Of a DNA stretch of 64,000 nt, positions 1-9,196 are shown in pieces; the first letter of the stretch is position 1; each line of letters starts with the position of its first letter. The DNA is from Candidatus Gottesmanbacteria bacterium. GTDB taxonomy: Bacteria > Patescibacteriota > Microgenomatia > 2-02-FULL-39-11. The notes beneath the pieces were generated by a model. It saw only the letters and a program-made list of their open reading frames with translations, was not told the DNA's origin and did not search any database. The translations under genes and the position numbers were made by a program. The stretch spans positions 4,177-68,176 of the forward strand of contig JACPZE010000002.1 of assembly GCA_016195685.1 (NCBI GenBank), written 5' to 3'.

Positions 1-2
1 GG

Positions 3-782
3 GATAAAAATGTCTACGGGGAAGATGTACAAAAATTAGACGAGTACGCCAATGAGCTTTTTACCCAGGCATTTTTATCCTGTAATTGTGTATATTCAGT
101 CGGATCAGAAGAATTAGCACAACCGAAATTATCCGGTCATGATGGTATATATAGTATTACTCATGATCCGTTAGATGGTTCATCCAATATTGACACCAAC
201 TTACCGATTGGTACCATTTTTGCTGTTTATCCCAAAAGTGAGACATTATTGCAAAAAGGATCAACGATCACTGCATCCGGATATGTATTATATGGTCCAA
301 GCCTCATGTTAATTTATGCCACGAAAGGATCCGTAAACGGCTTTACTTACGATCCAAAATTCGGAGATTTTATATTAAGCCATCCGAATATTGCGATTGG
401 GAGCAAAAAAATTTATTCCATCAATGAGGGATATTGGGAATTATTTCATGAAAACGACCAAAATTATCTATCCAGCATTAAAAAGGAAGGATCCTATTCT
501 CTTCGGTATGTAGGATCGATGGTAGGCGATGTTCACAGAACACTCCTTAAAGGCGGCATTTTCCTTTACCCGTCGGACAAAAAACATCCTGAAGGAAAAT
601 TAAGGTTGCTTTATGAAGCAGCTCCTTTGGGATTTCTTATTATTCAATCGGGAGGAAGTGCTATCAGCAACGGGACTAATCCATTGGATATAATACCTGC
701 TAAACATGATCAAAGAGTTCCTATTATATTAGGATCAAAAGATGAAGTGGAAAAATATTTAGGATTTTTTAAGCCTCAATAA
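3..782 (+). CDS. fbp: Fructose-1,6-bisphosphatase class I (5' end outside window)
   Basis: Frame is open from base 3 (DKNVYGEDVQKLD...DPLDGSSNID...); also RYVGSMVGDVHR and GKLRLLYEAAP motifs. Confidence 0.95.
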   Translation, partial: DKNVYGEDVQKLDEYANELFTQAFLSCNCVYSVGSEELAQPKLSGHDGIYSITHDPLDGSSNIDTNLPIGTIFAVYPKSETLLQKGSTITASGYVLYGPSLMLIYATKGSVNGFTYDPKFGDFILSHPNIAIGSKKIYSINEGYWELFHENDQNYLSSIKKEGSYSLRYVGSMVGDVHRTLLKGGIFLYPSDKKHPEGKLRLLYEAAPLGFLIIQSGGSAISNGTNPLDIIPAKHDQRVPIILGSKDEVEKYLGFFKPQ

Positions 783-811
783 GTGACATTTTGAATAATC
801 TTTGATATAAT
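783..811 (+). promoter_or_regulatory. Sigma70-type promoter for typA
   Basis: GTGACA-17 bp-TATAAT with extended -10 TG. Confidence 0.65.
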
Positions 812-877
812 AGAGAGTATTATTTCTGCCAGATTTTTACCCGCTGACAAGGAAAGATGCGGGTTTTTCATGTATTT

Positions 878-2692
878 ATGGATATAAGAAATATTGCAAT
901 TATTGCACACGTAGACCATGGTAAAACAACGCTTGTAGATGGAATGCTCAAACAAACCCATACTTTTCGTGAGAATGAAGCGGAAATGACCCAAACTACC
1001 ATACTGGATCGAAACGAGTTAGAGAGAGAGAAAGGGATAACTATATTTGCCAAAAACATAGCAGTCATTTATAAAAAAACAAAGATTAATATTATCGATA
1101 CTCCGGGTCATGCTGATTTTAGTGGAGAGGTGGAAAGAGTTATCAACATGGCAGATGGAGCTTTACTTATAGTCGATGCGGCTGAAGGACCATTGCCTCA
1201 AACTCAATTTGTTCTATCGCAAGCGTTAAAACAAAACCTGAAACTTATAGTGGTTGTAAATAAAATAGACCGTAAAGATGCCAGACCCAAAGAAGTTTTA
1301 CACGAGATAGAAGAACTTTTTTTGCATTTAGCCCACCATGATGATCACCTGACTTTCCCAGTTCTTTATGCTATAGGTAGAGAAGAAAAAACTTGGAAAG
1401 TTATGCCTCACGACATACGTGAAAAAGCCGATTTGTCTCCCTTATTTGAAGAGATTATAAAAACAATTCCACCTCCTGTTGCGGACGTGCAAAAGCCCTT
1501 TAAAATGTTGGTATCAACTTTAGACTTTGATACGCATAAAGGATCATTTGCCATAGGAAAAGTAACCCAGGGCACAGTAAAACAAGGCCAAAAAGTATTA
1601 CAACTGAACGAAAAAGAAGTAGTTGGTAACTTTACAATCCAAAATGTTTTTAGCAGCAAAGGATTATTCCGTGAGGAAATAACCGAAAGTTTACCTGGTG
1701 ATATTATCGCTATCACAGGAATACCTGATGTAGCAATCGGACAAACAATTGCAGATCCGGAAGACCCAGTAGGATACCCGGCTATGAAAGTAGGAGAACC
1801 TACTTTGAAAGTGCTTATTAGTCCAAATACATCACCATTATCAGGGCGTGAAGGTAAATTTTGTACTGCCCGACAAATTGAACAGCGTTTGATAAAGGAG
1901 AAAAAAACAAATATTGGGTTAAAAATAGAAACAAATCCGCAAGGAAACGGATTTATCGTATCTGGCCGGGGTGAATTACATCTGGCAATACTTATAGAAA
2001 ATCTTAGGCGTGAAGGATATGAGCTTCAAGTAGGGAGACCGCAAGTTATATTAAAGGATAAGAATGGTAAAACACAAGAACCCATTGAAGAAATTACTAT
2101 CGAAATAGATAAAGCTTACATCGGTATTATCGTAGAAGAACTCGGAAAAAGAATGGGAGAACTCATTGATACGCAAACAAATGAACAAGGTATGACCAGG
2201 ATGGTATATCGGATATCAAGTCGGAATCTTCTAGGTCTTCGTAGTAGTATTTTAACAAAGACACGAGGGAATGGATTGTTTGCCAGTAGATTTTTGGATT
2301 ATTTCGATGAAATGCCCTTGATCGATAAACAAAGAAATGGGGTATTGATAGCTTTTGAAAGTGGTATATCGACCAACTTTGCATTAGAGACTGTGCAAGA
2401 GCGTGGGACATCATTTATAGGTCCCGGAGTATCGGTGTATGAAGGTATGATAATTGGATTAAATAAGCGTGACGAGGATATGGAAATAAATGTCTGTAAA
2501 GGTAAGAAGATGACAAATGTAAGAAGTAACGCAGATATCGCAGTTAAACTTGATCCGCCGGTTATTTTGACACTTGAACAATCACTGGATTTTATCGAAA
2601 ATGATGAACTACTTGAAGTGACTCCGAAATCACTAAGGTTGCGCAAACAATTCTTAAGTAAAATTGAACGCAATCGTGCTAGGAAAATCTGA
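878..2692 (+). CDS. typA: Translational GTPase TypA/BipA
   Basis: IRNIAIIAHVDHGKTTLVD, DTPGHADF, NKID, GRGELHL, ELLEVTPKSLRLRK; likely start ATG 878. Confidence 0.97.
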   Translation: MDIRNIAIIAHVDHGKTTLVDGMLKQTHTFRENEAEMTQTTILDRNELEREKGITIFAKNIAVIYKKTKINIIDTPGHADFSGEVERVINMADGALLIVDAAEGPLPQTQFVLSQALKQNLKLIVVVNKIDRKDARPKEVLHEIEELFLHLAHHDDHLTFPVLYAIGREEKTWKVMPHDIREKADLSPLFEEIIKTIPPPVADVQKPFKMLVSTLDFDTHKGSFAIGKVTQGTVKQGQKVLQLNEKEVVGNFTIQNVFSSKGLFREEITESLPGDIIAITGIPDVAIGQTIADPEDPVGYPAMKVGEPTLKVLISPNTSPLSGREGKFCTARQIEQRLIKEKKTNIGLKIETNPQGNGFIVSGRGELHLAILIENLRREGYELQVGRPQVILKDKNGKTQEPIEEITIEIDKAYIGIIVEELGKRMGELIDTQTNEQGMTRMVYRISSRNLLGLRSSILTKTRGNGLFASRFLDYFDEMPLIDKQRNGVLIAFESGISTNFALETVQERGTSFIGPGVSVYEGMIIGLNKRDEDMEINVCKGKKMTNVRSNADIAVKLDPPVILTLEQSLDFIENDELLEVTPKSLRLRKQFLSKIERNRARKI

Positions 2693-2981
2693 TTTTAACC
2701 CTTTTTTTAATCCTCCTATGTTTTATCGTTCCGCTGGGTAATTCAAGTATTAGATCATAAATAGGATTCCAAAAGAAAAAAGTATTGGGAAGTAAATTTT
2801 GCTTCATAACAGCAACCCTTTGCTTTTTGTCTAAAACCACTACATCTATAGGGAATTTTAGTCCAAAAGTATGAATACCGAAACGTGATTTGATAACTAG
2901 AGGGAAAGGGCTTTTTTTACCGATTAGGCCAACTGTTTTTTCCCAAAAAGTTTTAGCTTTTATAACTTTTATAATTAGCAT
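2679..2981 (-). CDS. DUF192-family small protein
   Basis: GL...IHTFGLKFPIDVVVLD...ILELPSG pattern. Confidence 0.75.
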   Translation of the reverse strand: MLIIKVIKAKTFWEKTVGLIGKKSPFPLVIKSRFGIHTFGLKFPIDVVVLDKKQRVAVMKQNLLPNTFFFWNPIYDLILELPSGTIKHRRIKKRVKIRFS

Positions 2982-2987
2982 TTCTAT

Positions 2988-4193
2988 TTACTCATACCTA
3001 ATTGCTTCAATTGGTGAAAGATCTGCGGCTTTTTTGGCTGGGAAAACACCAAAAATAATTCCAATAAGTGAAGAAACGCCTAAAGCAATTGCGACTGTTT
3101 GCAAATTGATGTAAGCAGGGAAAACTCGCTGAACTAGTAAAACTATCAAAAAAGAAACAGTTAACCCCAGAAGTCCTCCGATAAGAGATAAAAACACAGC
3201 CTCTGCCAGAAATTGGAAAAGGATATCTTTGCGTGTTGCTCCAATTGCCCTCCTTATCCCTATTTCTTTTATTCTTTCAGTTACAGTCACGTACATGATA
3301 TTCATGATTCCAATACCTCCGACAAGCAGTGAAATGGCAGCGATTGCTACAAGTACTGTATTTATGATGGAAAAAATTGAGGAAATTGCACTTAAAAGTT
3401 CTGCTTGTTGGATGACCGAGAAGTCATCTTCTTTGTAGCGTTTCAAAAGTTGTTTTTTTATATCATTTCGAAATACCTCAAGGTCTACCTTTGTGCGTGC
3501 TTTGGCAATAATGACCATAAATTTTTTATCGGGATTTAGGCTAAATGCGGTTTTGTAAGGTAAATATACAAAAGAATCCAAATCTGGCCCCCCAAAGCCT
3601 CCCCCTTTTGCTTCTAAAACTCCAATAATTCTAAAGCTTTGGTCTTGTACTTTGATGATTTTATCCAGAGCTTTTACTTCCTGATCATAGAGTTTGGCGG
3701 CAATTTTGGGTCCAACAACTGCCACTTTTGAACGCTTTTCCACATCATCTTTAGTAAAAGCAGCGCCGTATTTAGTCTTCAGATTGATTCCGAGAAAAAT
3801 GTCAGCACTGCTTGCATATAAATCGGCAATATTGGAATTTTTGCCAGAACTTGCAGTGATCGTTTTAGTAAAAACAGGAATTATATATTCAGCTTCTTTG
3901 ATGCGTTTAAGAGAAGCTACATCTTTTTCATCAAACCTTATTCCTCCAAAAGCGCCTGGTCCCGAACGAAAACCTCCACCAGAAAGTATTCTTCCGGGAA
4001 CAATTCTAACGAGATTTGTCCCCAAGCTTTCAAACTGGTTTTCGATATACTTTTTAAGTCCTAAGCCAAAGGACATAAGGAGGACGACAGAGGAAACACC
4101 TATAAGAATTCCCAGAGAAGTGAGGATAGTCCGACCTTTATTTCTGCGGAAATCTTCAAGTGAGCCTTTTATCAAAAAAAGTAGATATTGCAT
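2988..4193 (-). CDS. MacB/FtsX-family ABC transporter permease
   Basis: RTILTSLGILIGV, SLLVGGIGIMNIM, ERIKEIGIRRAIGA, PAKKAADLSPIEAIRYE. Confidence 0.93.
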   Translation of the reverse strand: MQYLLFLIKGSLEDFRRNKGRTILTSLGILIGVSSVVLLMSFGLGLKKYIENQFESLGTNLVRIVPGRILSGGGFRSGPGAFGGIRFDEKDVASLKRIKEAEYIIPVFTKTITASSGKNSNIADLYASSADIFLGINLKTKYGAAFTKDDVEKRSKVAVVGPKIAAKLYDQEVKALDKIIKVQDQSFRIIGVLEAKGGGFGGPDLDSFVYLPYKTAFSLNPDKKFMVIIAKARTKVDLEVFRNDIKKQLLKRYKEDDFSVIQQAELLSAISSIFSIINTVLVAIAAISLLVGGIGIMNIMYVTVTERIKEIGIRRAIGATRKDILFQFLAEAVFLSLIGGLLGLTVSFLIVLLVQRVFPAYINLQTVAIALGVSSLIGIIFGVFPAKKAADLSPIEAIRYE

Positions 4194-4197
4194 GATT

Positions 4198-4869
4198 TCA
4201 CGATTTCACGATTTCTCCGTCTCTTATTTGAATTTTTCTTTTAGCCCGTACTGCTACATCGGCTTCATGCGTGACCAAAATTACAGTGATTTTATCTTCT
4301 CGGTTTAATTCTGTAAGAAGAGTGAGAATTTTATCGCCGGTTTTTGTATCTAAGTTTCCAGTAGGTTCATCGGCCAAAATAACTTTAGGGTTATTTATAA
4401 GTGCCCGAGTAATCGCTACACGTTGTTGTTGCCCACCAGATAATTTATTTGGATAAGATGTGGCTTTTTCTTTGATCCCAAATCTTTCCATAAGCGAGAA
4501 AGCTCTTTCTTCTGGACTTGCGGAAAATTTTTGCTTTGAATAAATTGTGGGTAACAGGATATTTTCTAAAACTGTCAATTTATTGATAAGATTAAATTGT
4601 TGAAAAACAAATCCTACGAATTCATTCCGAAGGAGTGAAAGTTGTGAGTCAGATAATTTAGAAACATCTTTGCCTTCAACACAAATAGTTCCGCGGGTTG
4701 GATTATCCAAAAGACCAATAAGATGCATCAGAGTTGATTTACCCGATCCTGAGGGGCCTAAAATGGCTATGAATTCACCTTTATTTATGGATAGATTGAT
4801 GTTTTTGACAGCGGCAAAGATTTCACCATCAAGCTTGTATTCTTTAAATACGTTGGAAAGTTTAATCAT
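4198..4869 (-). CDS. ABC transporter ATP-binding subunit (MacB/LolD type)
   Basis: [28 protein letters not shown]; likely start 4869 (MIKLSNV). Confidence 0.95.
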   Translation of the reverse strand: MIKLSNVFKEYKLDGEIFAAVKNINLSINKGEFIAILGPSGSGKSTLMHLIGLLDNPTRGTICVEGKDVSKLSDSQLSLLRNEFVGFVFQQFNLINKLTVLENILLPTIYSKQKFSASPEERAFSLMERFGIKEKATSYPNKLSGGQQQRVAITRALINNPKVILADEPTGNLDTKTGDKILTLLTELNREDKITVILVTHEADVAVRAKRKIQIRDGEIVKS

Positions 4870-5899
4870 AAACGGTTTCACCCGCGGTAACACCTGAAGT
4901 AATCTCAGTATCACTGTCTGTTTCCATCCCTGTTATGACTTCAACTTTTTCTTCTTTATCTTTTTTCTTCACTGTCACATATTTTTTGCTTGCCTGCGCA
5001 GGTAGGCCGTTTTGACTCGTGATAAATTTACTTGGTACATACAAAACGTTTTCCTTCCTTTTGGTGACAAAAGAAAGATCACCCGCCATGCCAAGTCTAT
5101 ATTTATAATCTGTATTGTCATTGGGAAATATAAATTTGACTTTATAAACTGTTCCTGTTTCATCCGCTTTAGGCAAAAAAGAGATATTTTTGATGGTTCC
5201 AGGTAGTGTTGCTTCAGGATAAGAATCAAGAGTTAGTTCTCCACCCATATTTTCGGTTAGCTTTACAACTTCGGTTTGATCAGCAGATGCAGAAAAATAG
5301 ATAGTTTTCGGATTTACAACCTCAAATTCTGCCTGGGTAGGAATAATATTGACACCACCGTAAGGAGCAGATACTCGGGTGACTACGCCTTCTATGGGTG
5401 TCCAAAGATTGGCATAGTCAATTGCGAGGTTTTGAATTTCAACATCTAAAACAGACTTATTTAGGGTAAATTGATATTTATCTATAATCCTTTTGATAGG
5501 ATCGGTGATAACTTGATCTTTATATGTATCACGCTTAGCCTGGTCTAAATCCCAACGAGTTGAAAGGTAATCATTTAATTCTTTTTGCAATGTTTTTTGC
5601 AATGCTATTTGATCTAAAGAGGCGATAGCTTGATATTTTTTTACATAATCTCCTTCCTTGACTCCTACCCAAGTAAGTCTTCCGGCTGTTTGAAAGCGTA
5701 ATGTCACGTGTTCATCGGCATCGACGGTTCCTGATATCGTCATTTTTTCCTCTAAATTTCCTTGACTTACTTTTGTACTCAATAATTTCTTTTGTCGTGG
5801 ACCAGAAACAAAGTTGCGGTAAATGAGAAAACCAAAAATAGCTATAATTATAATGATTACAAGGATTTTTTTCCTTTTAATAATTCGGATAATTTTCAT
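4862..5899 (-). CDS. Efflux periplasmic adaptor (MacA/HlyD-like)
   Basis: N-terminal TM helix, lipoyl-like VKEGDYVKK and TPIEGVV, C-terminal EITSGVTAGE. Confidence 0.88.
   Translation of the reverse strand: MKIIRIIKRKKILVIIIIIAIFGFLIYRNFVSGPRQKKLLSTKVSQGNLEEKMTISGTVDADEHVTLRFQTAGRLTWVGVKEGDYVKKYQAIASLDQIALQKTLQKELNDYLSTRWDLDQAKRDTYKDQVITDPIKRIIDKYQFTLNKSVLDVEIQNLAIDYANLWTPIEGVVTRVSAPYGGVNIIPTQAEFEVVNPKTIYFSASADQTEVVKLTENMGGELTLDSYPEATLPGTIKNISFLPKADETGTVYKVKFIFPNDNTDYKYRLGMAGDLSFVTKRKENVLYVPSKFITSQNGLPAQASKKYVTVKKKDKEEKVEVITGMETDSDTEITSGVTAGETVYD
4988..5007. repeat. 20-bp GC-rich palindrome inside the adaptor CDS
   Basis: GCTTGCCTGC/GCAGGTAGGC; encodes GLPAQAS on the minus strand. Confidence 0.7.
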
Positions 5900-6034
5900 G
5901 GGTAATATTATAAGTAACTTAAATAAGCAAAACAGTATTATGAATCACTAAATTAGTGAATACGATTGCAATATTTTGAATTATATCTCAAAACAGTGTA
6001 AAAGAGTAGCTAAATTTGTTACAATAAGATATTA

Positions 6035-6121
6035 GCCGCGGTGGCGAAATGGCATACGCGCAAGACTTAAAATCTTGTGATCGTCAAATCGATCATGAGA
6101 GTTCGACTCTCTCCCGCGGCA
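6035..6121 (+). tRNA. tRNA-Leu (TAA), CCA not encoded
   Basis: Acceptor GCCGCGG/CCGCGGC, anticodon arm CAAGA-CTTAAAA-TCTTG, long variable arm TGATCG/CGATCA, T loop TTCGACT; upstream TG-T-TACAAT at 6017-6025. Confidence 0.96.
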
Positions 6122-6172
6122 CCGAATAAAATCTGACGATTTTTTCGGTGTAAACACATTTGCTATAAGTGG

Positions 6173-7507
6173 TTATTTTCGTTCTATGGTGTAAACTTTC
6201 GGATAATAAAGAAATATTACGGGAGCATCGTCGACTAAGTATCTTTGGAAGTCAGAATAAATTTTTTTCCTCTTTTCGATATCTATAGTTTTTCTGCCAT
6301 CCTCAAGTAACTTATCTATTTTTAGGTTATTATAGTGGGTTAAATTAGTGTTGGTTTGAGTTGATTGCCATAATTGGTACTGATCGGGATCAGAAGGGAT
6401 TGCTTGGGCTAATAATAAAATTTGATAATCCGCCGGCAGAAAGTTAACGACTTTTATTTTTGCATGTACTCCTACTTTACTCCATGCGTCTACTATTGAT
6501 TGGGCAAGTTTTATAAAGGCGGCAAAAGTGGTAATTGTAATCTCAGATGAAGATGATGCCATTTCACTTTTCGCCAGAATTTTTGACGCTGTTTCAGGAT
6601 CGTATCTGTATAAGCGAACCTTTTGCGAATATGCCCAAGAAAGAGGAGAAACAGGGGTAAATGCTTTAGTATATTTTTCAAAATTCGGTATAGCATAGGT
6701 GAGCGCTTGCCTTACTTCTTTTTCCTTAAATAAAGGATCTTTAAGGTTAAAGAAAATGCCGATAAAATTATCGTAAATGTTTGTTTCTGTAATTTTAGTT
6801 CTTTTCCACGTAGCTAAATCAGATGCGTCAGAAATATTTTGCAAAATATCAACTTCTCCTAGTTTAAAAGCCAAAATTGCGTCATCTGCTGTTGGGTAAA
6901 ATCGATAAATAAGTGGAGGTAAATCAGGTATTTGCGACGTAAGACTTAGTTCTGATATGAAATCTCCAGAATAAAAAATTTTTGATAATTTATATCCACC
7001 GGTACCAATTAAGTTAGGTTTAACTATAGGTAAGGAAAGAATGGTAGGTAAAGGAGCATATGGTTCCTCTAAGGTAATTTTGTATATTGTGTCATTTGGT
7101 GTTTCAATCTTGGCACCTTTTATTTTGTAATTTATATCGCGACTTGTAAACCGTTTTCCATCATGCCAAAAAAGGTTGGGGTTTATAGAGAAAGTGTATG
7201 TCTTTTCACTCGGATCAACTTCCCACTTTTGTGCTATAGCAGGGGCTCCCTCACCTGACGGAAGTACTGATGTTAAACCTAAGCTTATTTGATTTTGGAT
7301 TGAAAAAGGTAAGGTATTTTCGCTGAATCGCCCTACTATCGCAATTTTTTTGATTTTTACACCTGAAATGCGATTATAAATTGGATAAGCTTGTAAAAAA
7401 AATAAAGTTGCAAAAAACCCCGTTAGGCTACCCAATGCCAGATATTTTTTGTGTCTTTTGACAAAAGTAATAAATAATAACCAAAGAAACTGTAGTTTCT
7501 TTTTCAC
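6173..7507 (-). CDS. Family-5 (OppA/DppA-like) solute-binding protein, membrane anchored
   Basis: WHDGKRFTSRDI, GTGGY, FKEKEVRQAL, RKKIYSDFQRYLVDDAPVIFLY. Confidence 0.85.
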   Translation of the reverse strand: MKKKLQFLWLLFITFVKRHKKYLALGSLTGFFATLFFLQAYPIYNRISGVKIKKIAIVGRFSENTLPFSIQNQISLGLTSVLPSGEGAPAIAQKWEVDPSEKTYTFSINPNLFWHDGKRFTSRDINYKIKGAKIETPNDTIYKITLEEPYAPLPTILSLPIVKPNLIGTGGYKLSKIFYSGDFISELSLTSQIPDLPPLIYRFYPTADDAILAFKLGEVDILQNISDASDLATWKRTKITETNIYDNFIGIFFNLKDPLFKEKEVRQALTYAIPNFEKYTKAFTPVSPLSWAYSQKVRLYRYDPETASKILAKSEMASSSSEITITTFAAFIKLAQSIVDAWSKVGVHAKIKVVNFLPADYQILLLAQAIPSDPDQYQLWQSTQTNTNLTHYNNLKIDKLLEDGRKTIDIEKRKKIYSDFQRYLVDDAPVIFLYYPKVYTIERK

Positions 7508-7512
7508 GATAT

Positions 7513-7731
7513 TTAGGAGTAAATTAAGGAAAGAATGGAAGTAATAAGAAAAATTATTACCAAAGCAATCGTAAGATTAAAAACAATTTTTTCGACTCCT
7601 CGTCTGCTTTTGTAAAATTCTCCTCCTCCGCCGAAAGCGCGACCCAATCCTACTCCTTTTGCTTGAAGTATTATAAGTAAAATTAGGCTGACTGAAACGG
7701 CTATTTGAAATATTAATATTATATTTTTCAT
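7513..7731 (-). CDS. secG: Preprotein translocase subunit SecG
   Basis: Two TM helices around LQAKGVGLGRAFGG...RRGVEK. Confidence 0.92.
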   Translation of the reverse strand: MKNIILIFQIAVSVSLILLIILQAKGVGLGRAFGGGGEFYKSRRGVEKIVFNLTIALVIIFLITSILSLIYS

Positions 7732-7738
7732 AATAATA

Positions 7739-8743
7739 TTATACCAGATCTATAATTTTCATACACAGTTTGGCTATTTTGGATGAGTCATGTCTTATAA
7801 GACTTCTGTTTAAAAGATCACCTGTTTCTTTTTTTACTAATTTAGGAGATAGAAGATCAGCCGCAATTACCTTAAATGAAGTAGTTTTAGCAAAATCATT
7901 CATGATGGGCTCAGCGTCTACTTTCTGGTAGCGTTTCAATATATTTGGGGGAATTGGGGCATTATTTATAAAAACATAATCAAGGTTTTTTGATGGTAAA
8001 TACTGATTTAAAATATTGATGAACTTCGATGCAGTAAATTTATAAGTTTGACCTATTTCAGTCATCAGATTCTGTATGTATATAATCTTTGCCTGACTTT
8101 TAGAAAGTGCTTCCCCCATGCCATTTATCACTAAGTTAGCGATGATAGTAGTGTAGAATCCACCAGGTCCAATGATTATAAGATCACTTTCAGAGATGGC
8201 TTTTCCTACTTCGGGATTAAGTAAAGCCTTCGGATTGGTATAAAGTCGAGTAATAGCAATTTTACCGTTGTGAGCGGGTTGGTCGATAAAATGTTCTCCT
8301 ACGACCTTTGTTCCATCTGCGTAACTAGCGACCAAATCGATTTTATCCATGGTTACGGGTAAAACTTTTCCTCTTATCCTTAAAAATTCAGAAGCCTTTT
8401 CAATAGCTTTTGATTGGGAATTCATAATTTTTGTCAAAGTGACTAAAAACAAATTTCCAAAAGTCATTCCAACAAATCCTTCACCCTCAGAAAAACGGTA
8501 TTGGAAAAGCTTTCGAAGCAAAAGAGAATCACTCGTGGAAACGTCCGCAAGGGCCAAAAGAGATTTTCTTATATCACTGCTGGGCAATAATCCCCATGCA
8601 TCTCTTTCTTTTTTTGCGCTTCCGCCTGAATCAGCCATAGATACGACCGCCGTAATGTCGGCTGGATAATTTTTCAATCCTGACAGGATGCTGTAGGTTC
8701 CAGTACCGCCTCCAATTACGACAATTTTTTTATTCTGTTTCAT
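7739..8743 (-). CDS. yvcK: YvcK/GlmR (CofD-like) gluconeogenesis/morphogenesis factor
   Basis: VIGGGTG, ADSGGS, GPGGFYTTI, C-terminal RHD. Confidence 0.9.
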   Translation of the reverse strand: MKQNKKIVVIGGGTGTYSILSGLKNYPADITAVVSMADSGGSAKKERDAWGLLPSSDIRKSLLALADVSTSDSLLLRKLFQYRFSEGEGFVGMTFGNLFLVTLTKIMNSQSKAIEKASEFLRIRGKVLPVTMDKIDLVASYADGTKVVGEHFIDQPAHNGKIAITRLYTNPKALLNPEVGKAISESDLIIIGPGGFYTTIIANLVINGMGEALSKSQAKIIYIQNLMTEIGQTYKFTASKFINILNQYLPSKNLDYVFINNAPIPPNILKRYQKVDAEPIMNDFAKTTSFKVIAADLLSPKLVKKETGDLLNRSLIRHDSSKIAKLCMKIIDLV

Positions 8744-9141
8744 TTAAAAACCCATCCTAGCAGTTTATTTATTAACACTGACAGTATTGCCAATAATATA
8801 GTAATTTGCCATTTTACCAAATTTAGAGATGAAAGAGTAATCGGTCCGATGTGGATACCCGAAAAATGCCAATCTGAGATTTTGACTTGAGGAGTTATAA
8901 TTGTCCACATATAAAAAATAGCTATCTGTATGATCCAGGAGGACATGTTTAGGGTAATTAAGTTTATTGGCAGCATTATGATATTTAAGATAGGTTTAAC
9001 AATGTATTGCAAAAGTAGCCAGATAAAGGCTGCATAAAAAAATCCTTGCCATGATCCAGAAAGGGAAAAAGAAGATACAAGCTGTGTCAAAATAAATATA
9101 GATGCAATAGCTAGGAGATATTTTTTCAATATAAATTTCAT
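8740..9141 (-). CDS. YvlD/DUF360 holin-like membrane protein
   Basis: Four hydrophobic segments, IVKPILNIIMLPINLIT. Confidence 0.75.
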   Translation of the reverse strand: MKFILKKYLLAIASIFILTQLVSSFSLSGSWQGFFYAAFIWLLLQYIVKPILNIIMLPINLITLNMSSWIIQIAIFYMWTIITPQVKISDWHFSGIHIGPITLSSLNLVKWQITILLAILSVLINKLLGWVFK

Positions 9142-9196
9142 CTTGATTTTTCAGATTATTATACAATGAACTTATTTCAATTTAGTATGAATAAAT

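Noticed and set aside
6035-6172. tRNA-Leu (and tRNA-Val) as island integration sites
   Set aside because: No integrase or duplicated tRNA 3' end noticed; flanks are housekeeping genes
8740-9141. Holin indicating a prophage
   Set aside because: YvlD-type membrane proteins are common chromosomal genes and no phage genes are present
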